Program-made: the position numbers and the translations under genes | Assembly (NCBI GenBank): GCA_002269645.1 | Contig: NIVC01001629.1 | Coordinates: 124,001 to 188,000, forward strand | Reading direction: 5' to 3' | From: Macrostomum lignano | Taxonomy: Eukaryota | DNA: 64,000 nt | Shown here: piece after piece, positions 40,101 through 51,279 of the stretch | Position numbering within the stretch: position 1 is the first letter of the stretch | How the letters are laid out: each line of letters starts with the position of its first letter | Notes under the pieces: generated by a model | Seen by the model: the letters and a program-made list of their open reading frames with translations, nothing else | What the model was told of the DNA's origin: nothing | Database searches by the model: none

Positions 40101-42094
40101 TTCCTGCCTTCGCTCCCGAAATGCTTCGTTTCCGCGCGATTCTTCAATTCTCTTTAACTCTGCTGCTGCCGATCGCCGGGCAATTATGATTCCAGCAAAT
40201 TTTTGTCCAAGAAGCGGGCCGAAACCTTGGCTGGAAGAGCTGCCTGCTGCATGCGAGAGATGCAGTTGGTTCTCAATGACTGTCCGTAGAGAACCCCCCC
40301 CCCCAATCAATAACGCGCAGAGCTGGCAGACCCCAGAGTTGAGAGTGACTTTGTTTCCAACCCAACCTCTCTCTCGTTTTGCTTGCCGTGTGCACAGGTG
40401 TGCCGATACCGGAGCGCTCAGTGCGGACTCAAACTGAGAATTCCAAGCCGATTGTACAAACCGGGACAGAGGGGGAGGTTGCAGTGGATTTTGTGCCGAA
40501 GATTCAGAAAAAAGCAGCCTCATGAATTCGGTCAAACTATGGCGGTACTCAAATTTGAGCAAAATTACACCGGCTGCTCAGATCTCCATGCACGATTTTT
40601 ACGGCATACATGTAGCTCGTACTTTGAAAAATCGATGTTTGCACCTTGGAGAGCCCCGTGGAGCCGGCCAGCTCAGCCATGAAGGGCAATTGGACCAACT
40701 AGAAGTATGGAAGGCGGGACGTTTAATTTCTAAGGACTACTCAACAAGTTCCTATCTCCGTAGTGTATTTTTCGGCGAAAACCAGCCTCCGTAACATTTT
40801 CTAAGAAACTTTAGTTTGTTAGTTTCTTGGAAAAAGTAAGAGACTCGTGTTTTCATAAAAGCCAATTAATTACAAGATGGAAAGTGCTGGCTCTGCTGCA
40901 TTGTGCAGCACTGTATGATCAGAAAGCGCTGACAACATGGACATTAAAACTCCAATTCGAAACAAAGTTCCAGTGGTCCTCGGTGACTGTTTTGGTCGCC
41001 AATAGAGCTTTTTGGAAAGATATATTCAGCCGTTTTTGACTGAAGCTTGTTCCTTCGGCTGCGTCACCCCGAGTGGCGGACAAGTCGAGATAATCAACTG
41101 CTGCTTGGAAGACGGCAGGCGGCGGAAGCAGGTGCGCAAACACACCTATAATTGCAGCCATCAGGCAATCACCATATTCCTTTCTTATGATTTAACTGAA
41201 AACAACTGGAAAAGCGATGTTCGACTTGGCAAAATAAGCAGCAGCGGCCTTTGAGATTGAAGCCCCTGCTGTTGCGCTCGGCAGCAGAAAAAATCAGGTG
41301 ACCTTTCACGTAGCTTAAGATAGATAAAGCAGCTGACGTCAGATGACCCTTCCTTCCTGTAGCTGAGTTCACCTGACCCCTCAAAAGCAGCTAAAATCAG
41401 ATGACCCTTTCTTCGTGTAGCTGGCTGGGGTCACCTGACCCCTCAAAATCAGCTAAAATCAGATGACCCTTCCTTCGTGTAGCCGAGGTCAAGTGACCCC
41501 TCAAAAATACCGAACACAGTTGGTCCTCGCGCATCCAAAGTCAGGCGACCCCAGGAAAAAAAGATATTACAGGCATAATAACAAAATAAATTTGAGTTTC
41601 CAACCAGTTATAAATAATTTCGATTGCTGCATTTTTAATACAACCGAAAACAAGGGCCAACTCGTACAACTACAATGGTAGATATATTAGTAAAGCCAAT
41701 TGTGCAGTTGAAAATTACAAGCAGTAACTATCTTGTTAGTCTTAAGTTTACAACATGAAATATAGGATAAAGTCGAAAGCTTCTGGGCTGGGGGCCTCGG
41801 CCAAAACAAAGAAAACGTGAGAAATTCGCAACTGCACTGGGAGTTTTTAATAGTAAATTTATATCTCTATTGAACTAACAGATGTACATTTGAAAAATGG
41901 TCAACGATGAATAAAACAAAGCAGGCGCAACAGAGACCCCAAAATGAAAGAATTTAGGCAATATTAGCACTAACTAATGGTCACAACTGCTTCAAGGGCG
42001 CGACCTCAAGTAAAGAGGTCAGATGACCCCTCCATGTAAATGAAGGCGAGGTCAGATGATCCCTTTGCCTAACTATAGTTTAGATACGCTCATA

Positions 42095-42440
42095 GGTCAC
42101 GTGACCTTCTATCATTGAAGCCTAGATAGATAGGTCACGTGACTTTCTATAGTTGTAGCCTAGATAGATGGGTCACGTGACTTTGTATAATTGTAGCCTA
42201 GATAGATGGGTCACGTGACTTTGTATAGTTGTAGCCTAGATAGATGGGTCACGTGACTTTCTATAGTTGTAGCCTAGATAGATGGGTCACGTGACTTTGT
42301 ATAATTGTAGCCTAGATAGATGGGTCACGTGACTTTGTATAATTGTTGCCTAGATAGATGGGTCACGTGACTTTGTATAATTGTAGCCTAGATAGATGGG
42401 TCACGTGACTTTGTATAGTTGTAGCCTAGATAGATGGGTC
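42095..42440. repeat. Tandem repeat, 38-bp unit containing palindromic GTCACGTGAC
   Basis: Nine copies of gtcacgtgac at about 38-bp spacing. Confidence 0.93.
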
Positions 42441-42605
42441 AGATGACCCCTCCTAACTGCAGTTTAAGAGAGGTCAGTTGACCCTTCCCCGTAACTGTAG
42501 CCAAGGTCAGATGGCAGTCAATCTGCCAAGAACAGATGAGCCGCCCAACATCCACACGAGTCAGCCCACCAATGGTTCCAGCCTGACCCTCACCGCCTGC
42601 ACCCA

Positions 42606-45600
42606 TCAGTACTTGTGCAGCTGTCTGCAGTTGCTGTAAAACGACGGATAGAAGGCCGCCCGAGCCCGCAGCGCCGCTGGGCGCAGCTCTTCTCCGCGCA
42701 GCTCGGCGCTGAAGTTGGAAAAATTCGGCGAACTCCGGCTGCATCGTCGAAGTCCGCCGCAGCTGTCGTCGCTGTCGCCAAGGTCGCGCTGGCAGCGACG
42801 CAGAAGCAGCTCGGCTGCCTCGATGGCCGACGCTGATGCCTGGCCGCCGCCATCGTTACCAGAAGCCAGCAGGCGTCGTAATCGCCGCTCGGCCTCGGCC
42901 GGCCGGGCCTCATCAAGCAGCCGCTCGGCCTCCAGCAGCAGCGCCTCGGCCAGGCCGGAGTCCGCAGCCCGCGACAGCCATCGGCGCGACTCGGAAACGG
43001 CTGGGGCTGAGCGCTGAAATTTTTGCAGTTGGAAAACCAAACTAGACTACTGTCAGTAGAGTGAAGCGAATTTTCACTATGTACGAGTGATTCGTAGTTA
43101 AATAACACTGTAACACTGATCGGGACTTCAGGATGATGAATCAGGACTTCCGGATGATGAATCGGGACTTCAGGATGATGAATCGGGACTTCAGGATGAT
43201 GAATCGGACTTCAGGATGATGAATCGGGACTTCAGGATGATGAATCGGGACTTCAGGATGATGAATCGGGACTTCAGGATGATGAATCGGGACTTCAGGA
43301 TGATGAATCAGGACTTCAGGATGATGAATCAGGACTTTCGGATGATGAATCGGGACTTCAGGATGATGAATCGGGACTTCAGGATGATGAATCGGGACTT
43401 CAGGATGATGAATCGTGTGGTGACTGCGTTTAGATTTCTGTGCAGAGTGGGGGATGGGGGGCTGTCTCTCTCTCTCTCTCTCTCTCTCTCGGATTGTACT
43501 CGCGCATGTGCGTACTCTGGAGCGCGAACACGACAGAGGTAGCGGCTGATTGGTCAGCCTAGTCAGGCTGGAAAATAAACTGGTATTTATTGAGAGAGCT
43601 AGGCTTGGCCAGCTCTAAGAAGTTTTTTCTCTCTGCAAGCCACACAGACTTTGTTACAGTGGCGACGAGGTGACTAATGGCCACGGGCCTACTGTGTAGC
43701 ATCGGTCCATTTGAGCCTGAAAATGAGGACTGGCTGCAGTACAAGGAAAGAATGGAGCAAGTTTTCATTGCAAGCGACATAGAGTCCGAAGACAAAAAGC
43801 GAGCTGTCTTCCTCAGTGTCTGTGGCAAGGAGACATTCAAGCTGATTTGCAGCCTGCTGGCCCCGAGGAAGCCATCGGAGACGAGCTACGCAGACATTTG
43901 CCAAAAACTAAAGGAGCACTGGAAGCCGGAGCCTTCTGAAATTGTGCAGCGTTTTCATTTCTATCAGCGCGTGCGGGCCAGCACCGAGTCAGTGGCGGAT
44001 TTCCTGGCCAGTTTGCGGCGTCTGGCCGTGGACTGCAAGTTCGGAAACAGCTTGGAGTCGATGCTCCGGGATCGGCTGGTGCTCGGCATCCAGGACGATC
44101 GGATCCAGCGCAGACTGCTGTCGGAGCCGGAGCTGGATCTCGAGAAGGCGCTGAAGATCGCTCAAGCGGTGGAGCTGGCGGCTAAAGGCTGCACGGTCGT
44201 CAGGAGCTCACAGGAGGTGGCTGGCCCTGCGGCGGCTGCTTCAGTCGATCGAGTCGACCAGGCCAAGGCGACCGGATTCGGTCGAGCTCCACAGAAGTGT
44301 TTCCGGTGCTTGTCGACTCGACATCTGGCGGACAAGTGCCCGTTCATCAAGAAGGCATGCTTCAAGTGCGGCAAGCTCGGGCACACCGCAGCTGCTTGCC
44401 GTAGAGGCGCCGGAGTATCGGGTGCGGACTCCAAGCCCCGCGTGGGCGCCGAGAAAGAAGCAGAAGACGAGGACTGCAGCTCCCTTAACACCGTGCCCAG
44501 CGTTGCAGCCAAGGTGCCACCCTACTTGACCACGGTACTGATCAACGGCGTGTCCTGCCAGATGGAGATCGACACGGGCGCCGCGGTGTCGCTGATCTCA
44601 GCCAAAGTCTACCAGGATCTTCTCGGAGGTATCCCTAAGCTCGGTGGGACCACGATTCGGCTGCGGAACTACGGCGGCCAACCTGTCAACGTGTTGGGAC
44701 AGTTGAGCCTCACTGTGGAGATTCCAGGAAATAAACAGAAACTGCTACCGCTGGTGGTGGTCTCAGGAAGCGGCTCCAGCTTGATCGGGCGGAACTGGCT
44801 GTCGGAGCTAACCATGGACTGGAGAAGCATCAAGGAGCTGCGAGAGCGAGAATTGCCGGCTCAGGGCAATCAGCAGGTGGAGCAGCTGGTGCAAAAGTAC
44901 AGCGCAGTATTTTCGGACGGACTCGGTTGCTACACAGGCGAACCACTGAAATTGCGGACGAAACCAGGTGCACAGCCCAAATTTTTCAAAGCTCGGACGG
45001 TGCCGTTCGCTTTGAAGTCCAAGGTGGAGGAGCAGCTTGACCGGGAGATCGAGCAAGGCGTTCTGCAGCCTGTCTCTAACTCCGAGTACGCGTCTCCTAT
45101 CGTGCCGGTGCTCAAGGCGGATGGTTCCGTCAGAATCTGCGCGGATTTCAAGCGCACGGTGAACCAAGACGTTGTGCAGGACTCCTACCCGCTGCCCAGA
45201 ATTGAAGAATTGTTCGCAAAGCTAACGGGAGGCCAGAAATTCACCAAGCTAGACCTCAGTCAGGCGTATCAGCAGCTGCCCCTGGACTCAGAATCACAGC
45301 GTCTGTGCACCATCAACACCTCCAAAGGGTTGCTCAGGTACACCAGGTTGCCGTTCGGCATCTCACCGGCAGTCGGCATGTTTCAGAGGACAATGGACGG
45401 CTTGCTTCAAGGAAGACCGCACACGGCGGCTTTTATCGACGATCTGCTGGTGACAGGAACTGATGACGAGAAGCACCTGGAGAACCTAGAAGCTGTTTTG
45501 CAGCGCCTACAAGATGCTGGGCTGAAGTGCCGAGCTGACAAGTGCCGGTTCATGCAGGAGTCCGTGAGTTACCTGGGCCACCGAATCGACGCCGGCGGTC

Positions 45601-48600
45601 TCCACCCGCTGGAAAGCAAGGTCAGCGCGATCGTCGAGGCGCCAGCTCCCCAGGACGTCACCCAGCTCCGCAGCTTCCTGGGGCTCATAAGTTATTATGG
45701 ACGATTCCTGCCGAACCTGTCCAGCGTGCTCGCTCCGCTGCACCGCCTATTGGACAAGGGCGTTGCCTGGCAATGGAACAGCCCGCAAGAGAGTGCGTTT
45801 CACCGCTGCAAGGAGCTCCTGCTGAGCTCTCAGACGCTAGTGCATTTCGACCCCGGTAAAGAGGTCATCCTGGAGTGCGACAGCTCGCCCTACGGTCTCG
45901 GCGCGGTCATCTGCCACCTAATAGATGGCGTGGAGCGGCCCATCGCGTTTGCGTCCCGCACTCTGGCCGATGCGGAGAAGAACTACTCCCAGACGGAGAA
46001 GGAGGCCTTGGCAGTTATTTTCGGCGTCAAGCGATTTAACACCTATCTGTACGGCCGGAACTTCCAGCTGAAGAGTGACCACAAGCCGCTTCTAGGACTG
46101 CTTCACGAGAACAAGGCCATTCCGCCACTAGCATCTGCCAGGATTCAGCGCTGGGCTCTGCTGCTGTCCAGCTACTCCTATCGACTGCAATACCGCAAGG
46201 GCGCCACCCTGCTGCGGGCGGATGCGCTGAGCCGGTTGCCGCTGCCGTCCAAGCCAGCGGAGGCGCCGGCGCCGGCTGAGGTGGTACTGCTGATCGACTC
46301 ATTCAACGAGGGCCCAGTGACTGCGGCTCAAGTTCGCTGCTGGACACGGCGAGACCCGCTACTCGGTCGAGTGCTCAGGTTCGTGCAAGAAGGCTGGCCG
46401 GAGGATCGGCGATGGAGCGAAGATCTGCGGCCGTTTGCGTCTCGAGCTGCGGAACTCAGCGTGGAGGACGGCTGCCTGCTGTGGGGCACCAGAGTGGTGG
46501 TGCCGGTTCAGGGACGCCTGGCGTTGCTCGAGTGTCTGCACCAAAGTCACCTAGGAGCGTCCAAGCTGAAGTCGCTGGCCAGGAACTATTTTTGGTGGCC
46601 GGGAATGGACGGAGACATCGAGCGGCTCTCGCAGCACTGCCGGCAGTGCAAACTGCATCAGCACAGCCCACCTCCAGCGCCGCTGCAGCCCTGGCCCTGG
46701 CCTGACAGACCGTGGTCAAGGGTCCACATGGACTACGCTGGACCGTTCGAAGGCAAGATGCTGTTGATTTTGGTCGACGCGCATTCCAAGTGGATCGAGG
46801 TGCACATCTGCCAGTCCGCGACCAGCTCCGCTACAATCGATCGGCTCCGGCGGACTTTCAGCCAGCTGGGCCTGCCGGAGGTCGTGGTGACGGACAACGG
46901 GCCCAACTTCGTGAGTCAAGAGATGGAGAGCTTCATGAGCAGCAATGGCATCCGGCATGTCAAGGTGTCGCCCTATCATCCGGCGTCCAACGGCCTGGCG
47001 GAACGCGCGGTACAAACGGTGAAGGCGGCTCTGGTGAAGGGACGGCCGGCGGCTCTGCAGACTCGGCTCGCTCGGTTCCTGCTGACCTACCGGGTGACTC
47101 CGCACAGCACGACTGGCGTTCCGCCGAGCCAGCTGATGATGGGCCGGCCTCTGCGAACACTGCTGGATCTGGTACGTCCGGACGTCTCGGCTGCGGTCAC
47201 GCGACGACTGGAGGCACAGAAGCTACAACACGACAGGCGCGCCAGAGCGAGGTCCTTCGGGGAAGGCGACGACGTTGTAGTGCGGGATTTCACGGGTCAG
47301 CAGAAGTGGCTGCCGGCCAGCATCAGCCGACAAACAGCACCTTTGTCCTACGAGTGCCGGCTGCCTGATGATCGCATTGTACGCCGCCACGCCGACCATG
47401 TAGCCTCTGCAGGCGTCGAACCGCGGACCTCAGGAAGCACGGAACTGCCAATGAATGACGACCTGCGCTACGAATCGGCTGAGGCAGAAGTTCCGCACAC
47501 AGCCACCGACCGCGCCGCCGCCGCCCACGCAGCCGCCGCTTCCTCCGACTCCTCAGGCGCGGCGTTCGCAGAGGAACCGAAAATGCCCGGACAGGTTGAC
47601 GTACAAGTGAACGTTTTTTTGTTTTTTTCCCTGACCGACTTTTTTTTGTTTACGGCTTTGGGTGGTGTTCGACTTTTTTGTTTCTGTTATTGTTGTCGTG
47701 GTGCTGGGAAGTATTTTCTTTTCTCCTGTTTTTGTTTCTTTTTTGTTGCTGTTTTTTTTCTTTTTTTCATCTACGTGTGGAGGGATGTGGTGACTGCGTT
47801 TAGATTTCTGTGCAGAGTGGGGGATGGGGGGCTGTCTCTCTCTCTCTCTCTCTCTCTCTCGGATTGTACTCGCGCATGTGCGTACTCTGGAGCGCGAACA
47901 CGACAGAGGTAGCGGCTGATTGGTCAGCCTAGTCAGGCTGGAAAATAAACTGGTATTTATTGAGAGAGCTAGGCTTGGCCGGCTCTAAGATTCCTCTCTG
48001 CAAGCCACACAGACTTTGTTACAAATCGGGACTTCAGGATGATGAATCGGGACTTCAGAATGATGAATCGGGACTTTAGGATGATGATGAATCTGGACTT
48101 CATGATGATGATGAATCAGGACTTCAGGATGATGAATCGGGACTTCAGGATGATGATGAATCTGGACTTCATGATGATGATGAATCAGGACTTCAGGATG
48201 ATGAATCGGGACTTCAGGATGATGAATCAGGACTTCAGGATGATGAATCGGGACTTCAGGATGATGAATCAGGACTTCAGGATGATGAATCGGGACTTTA
48301 GGATGATGATGAATCTGGACTTCATGATGATGATGAATCAGGACTTCAGGATGATGAATCGGGACTTCAGGATGATGAATCAGGACTTCAGGATGATGAA
48401 TCGGGACTTCAGGATGATGAATCGGGACTTCAGGATGATGAATCAGGACTTTCAGGATGATGAATCGGGACTTCAGGATGATGAACCAGACTTTAGGATG
48501 ATGATGAATCAGGACTTCAGGATGATGAATCGGGACTTCAGGATGATGAATCGGGACTTCAGAATGATGAATCGGGACTTCAGGGTGATGAATCAGGACT

Positions 48601-50130
48601 TCAGGATGATGAATCAGGACTTCAGGATGATGAATCGGGACTTCAGGATGATGAATCGGGACTTCAGGGTGATGAATCAGGACTTCAGGATGATGAATCG
48701 GGACTTCAGGATGATGAATCGGGACTTCAGGATGATGAATCTGGACTTCATGATGATGATGAATCAAGACTTCATGATGATGATGAATCGGGACTTCAGT
48801 TTGACAATCTGGAACTTCAGGGTGACTGCAGGGAACCTACCCGCCCGTCCGCGCCGCCGAACACAGCCAGCTGCTGCTGCCCGCCGCCGTGGCCAACATC
48901 GCTGTCGGTGGCGCCGTCCTCTGCCTGGTCTTCAGCTTCGGCGAGCAGGACGGACAAGTTGAAGGCGGCCGCTGGGTGTCCGAGGTCAGCGGCGGCACGG
49001 TAATAGGCGGTCGCTTCGGCCGACATGCCGGCTGTAGCGGCCAGCAGGCCGAGGTTGAAGAGGGCGGGCGGGTAGGAGAAGCTGGCGGCAGACAGCCACA
49101 TCGCCCTGGCCCGGTCTGGCCGGCCGGCCCGCGCTTCCGCCACCGCCCGGCTGGTGCAGAGGCGGCAGGCCTGCTCCACTGAGCGGGCGGTGAGGGAGCG
49201 GGCCACCTGCAGTGGGTCAGGGGGGGGGGGGTCACGGAGGTCATGAAGCGTCAAGTGTGAAAAGAATTAATCTAGAAATAAAAATACACATATAGGATCC
49301 CAGGTCTCCAGAATCCCCCAATATAGGATCCCAGGTCTCCAGAATCCCCACACAGGGATCCCAGGTCTCCAGAATCCCCACACAGGGATCCCAGGTCTCC
49401 AGAATCCCCACACAGGGATCCCAGGTCTCCAGAATCCCCACACAGGGATCCCAGGTCTCCAGAATCCCCACACAGGGATCCCAGGTCTCCAGAATCCCCA
49501 TACAGGGATCCCAGGTCTCCAGAATCCCCATACAGGGATCCCAGGTCTCCAGAATCCCCATACAGGGATCCCAGGTCTCCAGAATCCCCATACAGGGATC
49601 CCAGTCCAAGATGACCCGCGGCAGCCAAGCTCACACCAGTTGTACCTCTTCAAGCGGTCTGCGCTGCTCAGGCTGCTGCTGAGCCACCTGCTGCCGCTGC
49701 GGCCTGGCGATCGCCGGGCTGTCCAGCACGCACTGCACGAGGCCGGTGGAGGAGCGCCAGGCCCGCCGCCTCTGCTGCAGCAGCCGCTCCGACCAGAAGT
49801 CGGCCAGCGGCACGAGGCCGGCAGCGGCCCCGGCAGCAAGCCAGAGCCGCCAGCCGCTGAGCAGAGATGTCGGATCCGATGCGCCAAGGCCGGCTGCGTG
49901 CGCACCGGTCTGCTCCTCTTGCTGCCGCTGCTGCTCCTGGCCTTGCCGCTGCTGCAGCGGCACCTGCCGGAACTGGCAGCTGGTCAGACGGCCTGCAGAT
50001 TAAATTTTAACAGAAATCACTACTAAGTCTGTTAGCACCTGATCGCATGACCAGTGAATGAGACGATTTTCTATCAGAGTGATAAATAACTTAATTTCTT
50101 ACAAATAGGCCCCTTGTGCTGCAGGCTCAT
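42606..50130 (-). CDS. Sel1-like repeat protein (possibly DELE1/KIAA0141-like), about 382 aa; exons 50130-50103 (tentative), 49992-49646, 49206-48841, 43013-42606
   Basis: Sel1-type segments AASFSYPPALFNLG, YYRAAADLGHPAAAFNL and RRWLSRAADSGLAEA. GT-AG sites are phase-compatible (gag|gtacaa, cgg|gtaggt, tttcag|cgc). The first exon is a guess. Confidence 0.72.
43120..43415. repeat. 21-bp minisatellite (aatcgggacttcaggatgatg), left part, split by the Gypsy insertion
   Basis: The same unit resumes at 48024-48800. Confidence 0.96.
43416..43658 (+). repeat. 5' LTR
   Basis: Identical to 47786-48023 except near its 3' end. Contains (CT)n, a CCAAT-like palindrome and AATAAA. Confidence 0.97.
43677..47912 (+). 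CDS. Gag-Pol polyprotein, single 1411-aa ORF
   Basis: Gag, two CCHC knuckles (CFRCLSTRHLADKC, CFKCGKLGHTAAAC), protease IDTGA, RT (LPFG...FIDD), RNase H (CDSS...EKEAL...SDHKPL) and integrase (HHCC, DYAG, DNG, ERAV) in Gypsy order. No stops or frameshifts; the stop lies inside the 3' LTR. Confidence 0.97.
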   Translation: MATGLLCSIGPFEPENEDWLQYKERMEQVFIASDIESEDKKRAVFLSVCGKETFKLICSLLAPRKPSETSYADICQKLKEHWKPEPSEIVQRFHFYQRVRASTESVADFLASLRRLAVDCKFGNSLESMLRDRLVLGIQDDRIQRRLLSEPELDLEKALKIAQAVELAAKGCTVVRSSQEVAGPAAAASVDRVDQAKATGFGRAPQKCFRCLSTRHLADKCPFIKKACFKCGKLGHTAAACRRGAGVSGADSKPRVGAEKEAEDEDCSSLNTVPSVAAKVPPYLTTVLINGVSCQMEIDTGAAVSLISAKVYQDLLGGIPKLGGTTIRLRNYGGQPVNVLGQLSLTVEIPGNKQKLLPLVVVSGSGSSLIGRNWLSELTMDWRSIKELRERELPAQGNQQVEQLVQKYSAVFSDGLGCYTGEPLKLRTKPGAQPKFFKARTVPFALKSKVEEQLDREIEQGVLQPVSNSEYASPIVPVLKADGSVRICADFKRTVNQDVVQDSYPLPRIEELFAKLTGGQKFTKLDLSQAYQQLPLDSESQRLCTINTSKGLLRYTRLPFGISPAVGMFQRTMDGLLQGRPHTAAFIDDLLVTGTDDEKHLENLEAVLQRLQDAGLKCRADKCRFMQESVSYLGHRIDAGGLHPLESKVSAIVEAPAPQDVTQLRSFLGLISYYGRFLPNLSSVLAPLHRLLDKGVAWQWNSPQESAFHRCKELLLSSQTLVHFDPGKEVILECDSSPYGLGAVICHLIDGVERPIAFASRTLADAEKNYSQTEKEALAVIFGVKRFNTYLYGRNFQLKSDHKPLLGLLHENKAIPPLASARIQRWALLLSSYSYRLQYRKGATLLRADALSRLPLPSKPAEAPAPAEVVLLIDSFNEGPVTAAQVRCWTRRDPLLGRVLRFVQEGWPEDRRWSEDLRPFASRAAELSVEDGCLLWGTRVVVPVQGRLALLECLHQSHLGASKLKSLARNYFWWPGMDGDIERLSQHCRQCKLHQHSPPPAPLQPWPWPDRPWSRVHMDYAGPFEGKMLLILVDAHSKWIEVHICQSATSSATIDRLRRTFSQLGLPEVVVTDNGPNFVSQEMESFMSSNGIRHVKVSPYHPASNGLAERAVQTVKAALVKGRPAALQTRLARFLLTYRVTPHSTTGVPPSQLMMGRPLRTLLDLVRPDVSAAVTRRLEAQKLQHDRRARARSFGEGDDVVVRDFTGQQKWLPASISRQTAPLSYECRLPDDRIVRRHADHVASAGVEPRTSGSTELPMNDDLRYESAEAEVPHTATDRAAAAHAAAASSDSSGAAFAEEPKMPGQVDVQVNVFLFFSLTDFFLFTALGGVRLFCFCYCCRGAGKYFLFSCFCFFFVAVFFLFFIYVWRDVVTAFRFLCRVGDGGLSLSLSLSLSDCTRACAYSGARTRQR
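47786..48023 (+). repeat. 3' LTR
   Basis: See 5' LTR. Confidence 0.97.
48024..48800. repeat. 21-bp minisatellite, right part
   Basis: Same unit as 43120-43415, with atg-slippage variants. Confidence 0.96.
49290..49605. repeat. Intronic minisatellite, 30-bp unit (cagggatcccaggtctccagaatccccaca)
   Basis: About ten copies. Confidence 0.96.
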
Positions 50131-51279
50131 ACATGCTCACACAGGGTGTACAGCAGCTCTGGATTTCTAATTGACAGACATGTACACTCTCTGTGCATTG
50201 GGGTTGGCCTTTATATGTTTGAATTGCATCCATTTAGTCAATATTCCTGTGCAGGCCCTAAATGAATGAATGTAGCTGTGGCCATCAGAGTCAGACACAT
50301 TAACTCTGCCCCCTTCAGTGCTTTTGTTAATAGTAATAATAAAATTATTTATATTTATTTATTTATACATGCAAAACACCTGGTCAACCCAGCTGGCTAA
50401 CAAGGGGCCTAGCCAATTTAAGTCACAAAAATGCCCACCTGCAAAATAAGGATGTAGTACTTATTAGATAACAATGCATTTAGCCATAATAAGAAAGTCA
50501 TAGTTACTCCTGGCATTTACCTAAAGTTGCATTAATTTTTACTTTAGGGTTTTTTTATAAGTAAGTTGTATTTTAGTCAAAAATTAAGTCACACAGCCAG
50601 TGTAAATCAGGGGGAGAGTTGCACATATATGCAAATCCTACTAAATTCTTTTCAAATGTTGATTTGGCAAAACCAATAATATAAACTCATTTGTCCTATG
50701 TACAAGAATTTTCTAGCATACAATAACCTTTCATAATTAATTGGTGCATTTATTTGCCAATTGGAATTGTTCTTATCTTATAAAATTGTATTTGATATAC
50801 AAAAAATTTCTTTGCACTTTTCAACATAAAAAGGCAAACAATGTAAAAGGTTGTTATATTGTTAAAAAAAGATTATCATTAAAAATGCTTGGGAACAATA
50901 TAAAACTTAGAGAATATAGCAATTATAGAGATAACCTAAACCTTAAGGCATTGATAAGGCCTTGATGATGCAAGATAATCAATAATTTACAAGTATAAGA
51001 CATCATTTTAAAGTCAATGGTATATCTTTGGATATCACTTTTTTTCATAGGCTGTTTAACTCTCTTGTTTTATTTTTTATATTATATAGGTATGAAATAT
51101 GGGACCTTTGACCACCATTTTTGAGCTAAAGGATATTGATGCTATTCATTTGTTACAGGGATGTTTCCTGTGCACTGAGAATCCCACTAAATGCCACCAA
51201 GTTGTTACAGGCCTTTTGGCTCTCTATGAAATCTCAATCGCTAACACCAAAGTTGTGCTAGTATTAAACTTCTATTTCT

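Larger units (their letters stand above)
43416..48023 (+). mobile_element. Full-length Ty3/Gypsy LTR retrotransposon (Mag/K02A2.6-like), 4608 bp
   Basis: LTRs 43416-43658 (243 bp) and 47786-48023 (238 bp), both TGT...ACA. 5-bp TSD AATCG (43411-43415 and 48024-48028). PBS TGGCGACGAGG at 43660 complements the tRNA-Ser(GCT) 3' end. Short purine tract ggaggga before the 3' LTR. Confidence 0.97.

Noticed and set aside
39300-41300. Moderately GC-rich region with many short ORFs between C10orf53 and the Sel1 gene
   Set aside because: No recognisable domains, consistent splice chain or repeat termini found by eye.
45427-45450. FIDD instead of YxDD in reverse transcriptase
   Set aside because: Catalytic aspartates are intact and F at this position is a known variant.
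43689-47368. Overlapping alternative-frame and antisense ORFs within gag-pol
   Set aside because: Expected shadows of GC-rich coding sequence, with no recognisable motifs.
47985-48962. His/Pro-rich and Met/Arg-rich ORFs of 260-307 aa
   Set aside because: Translations of the 21-bp intronic minisatellite.
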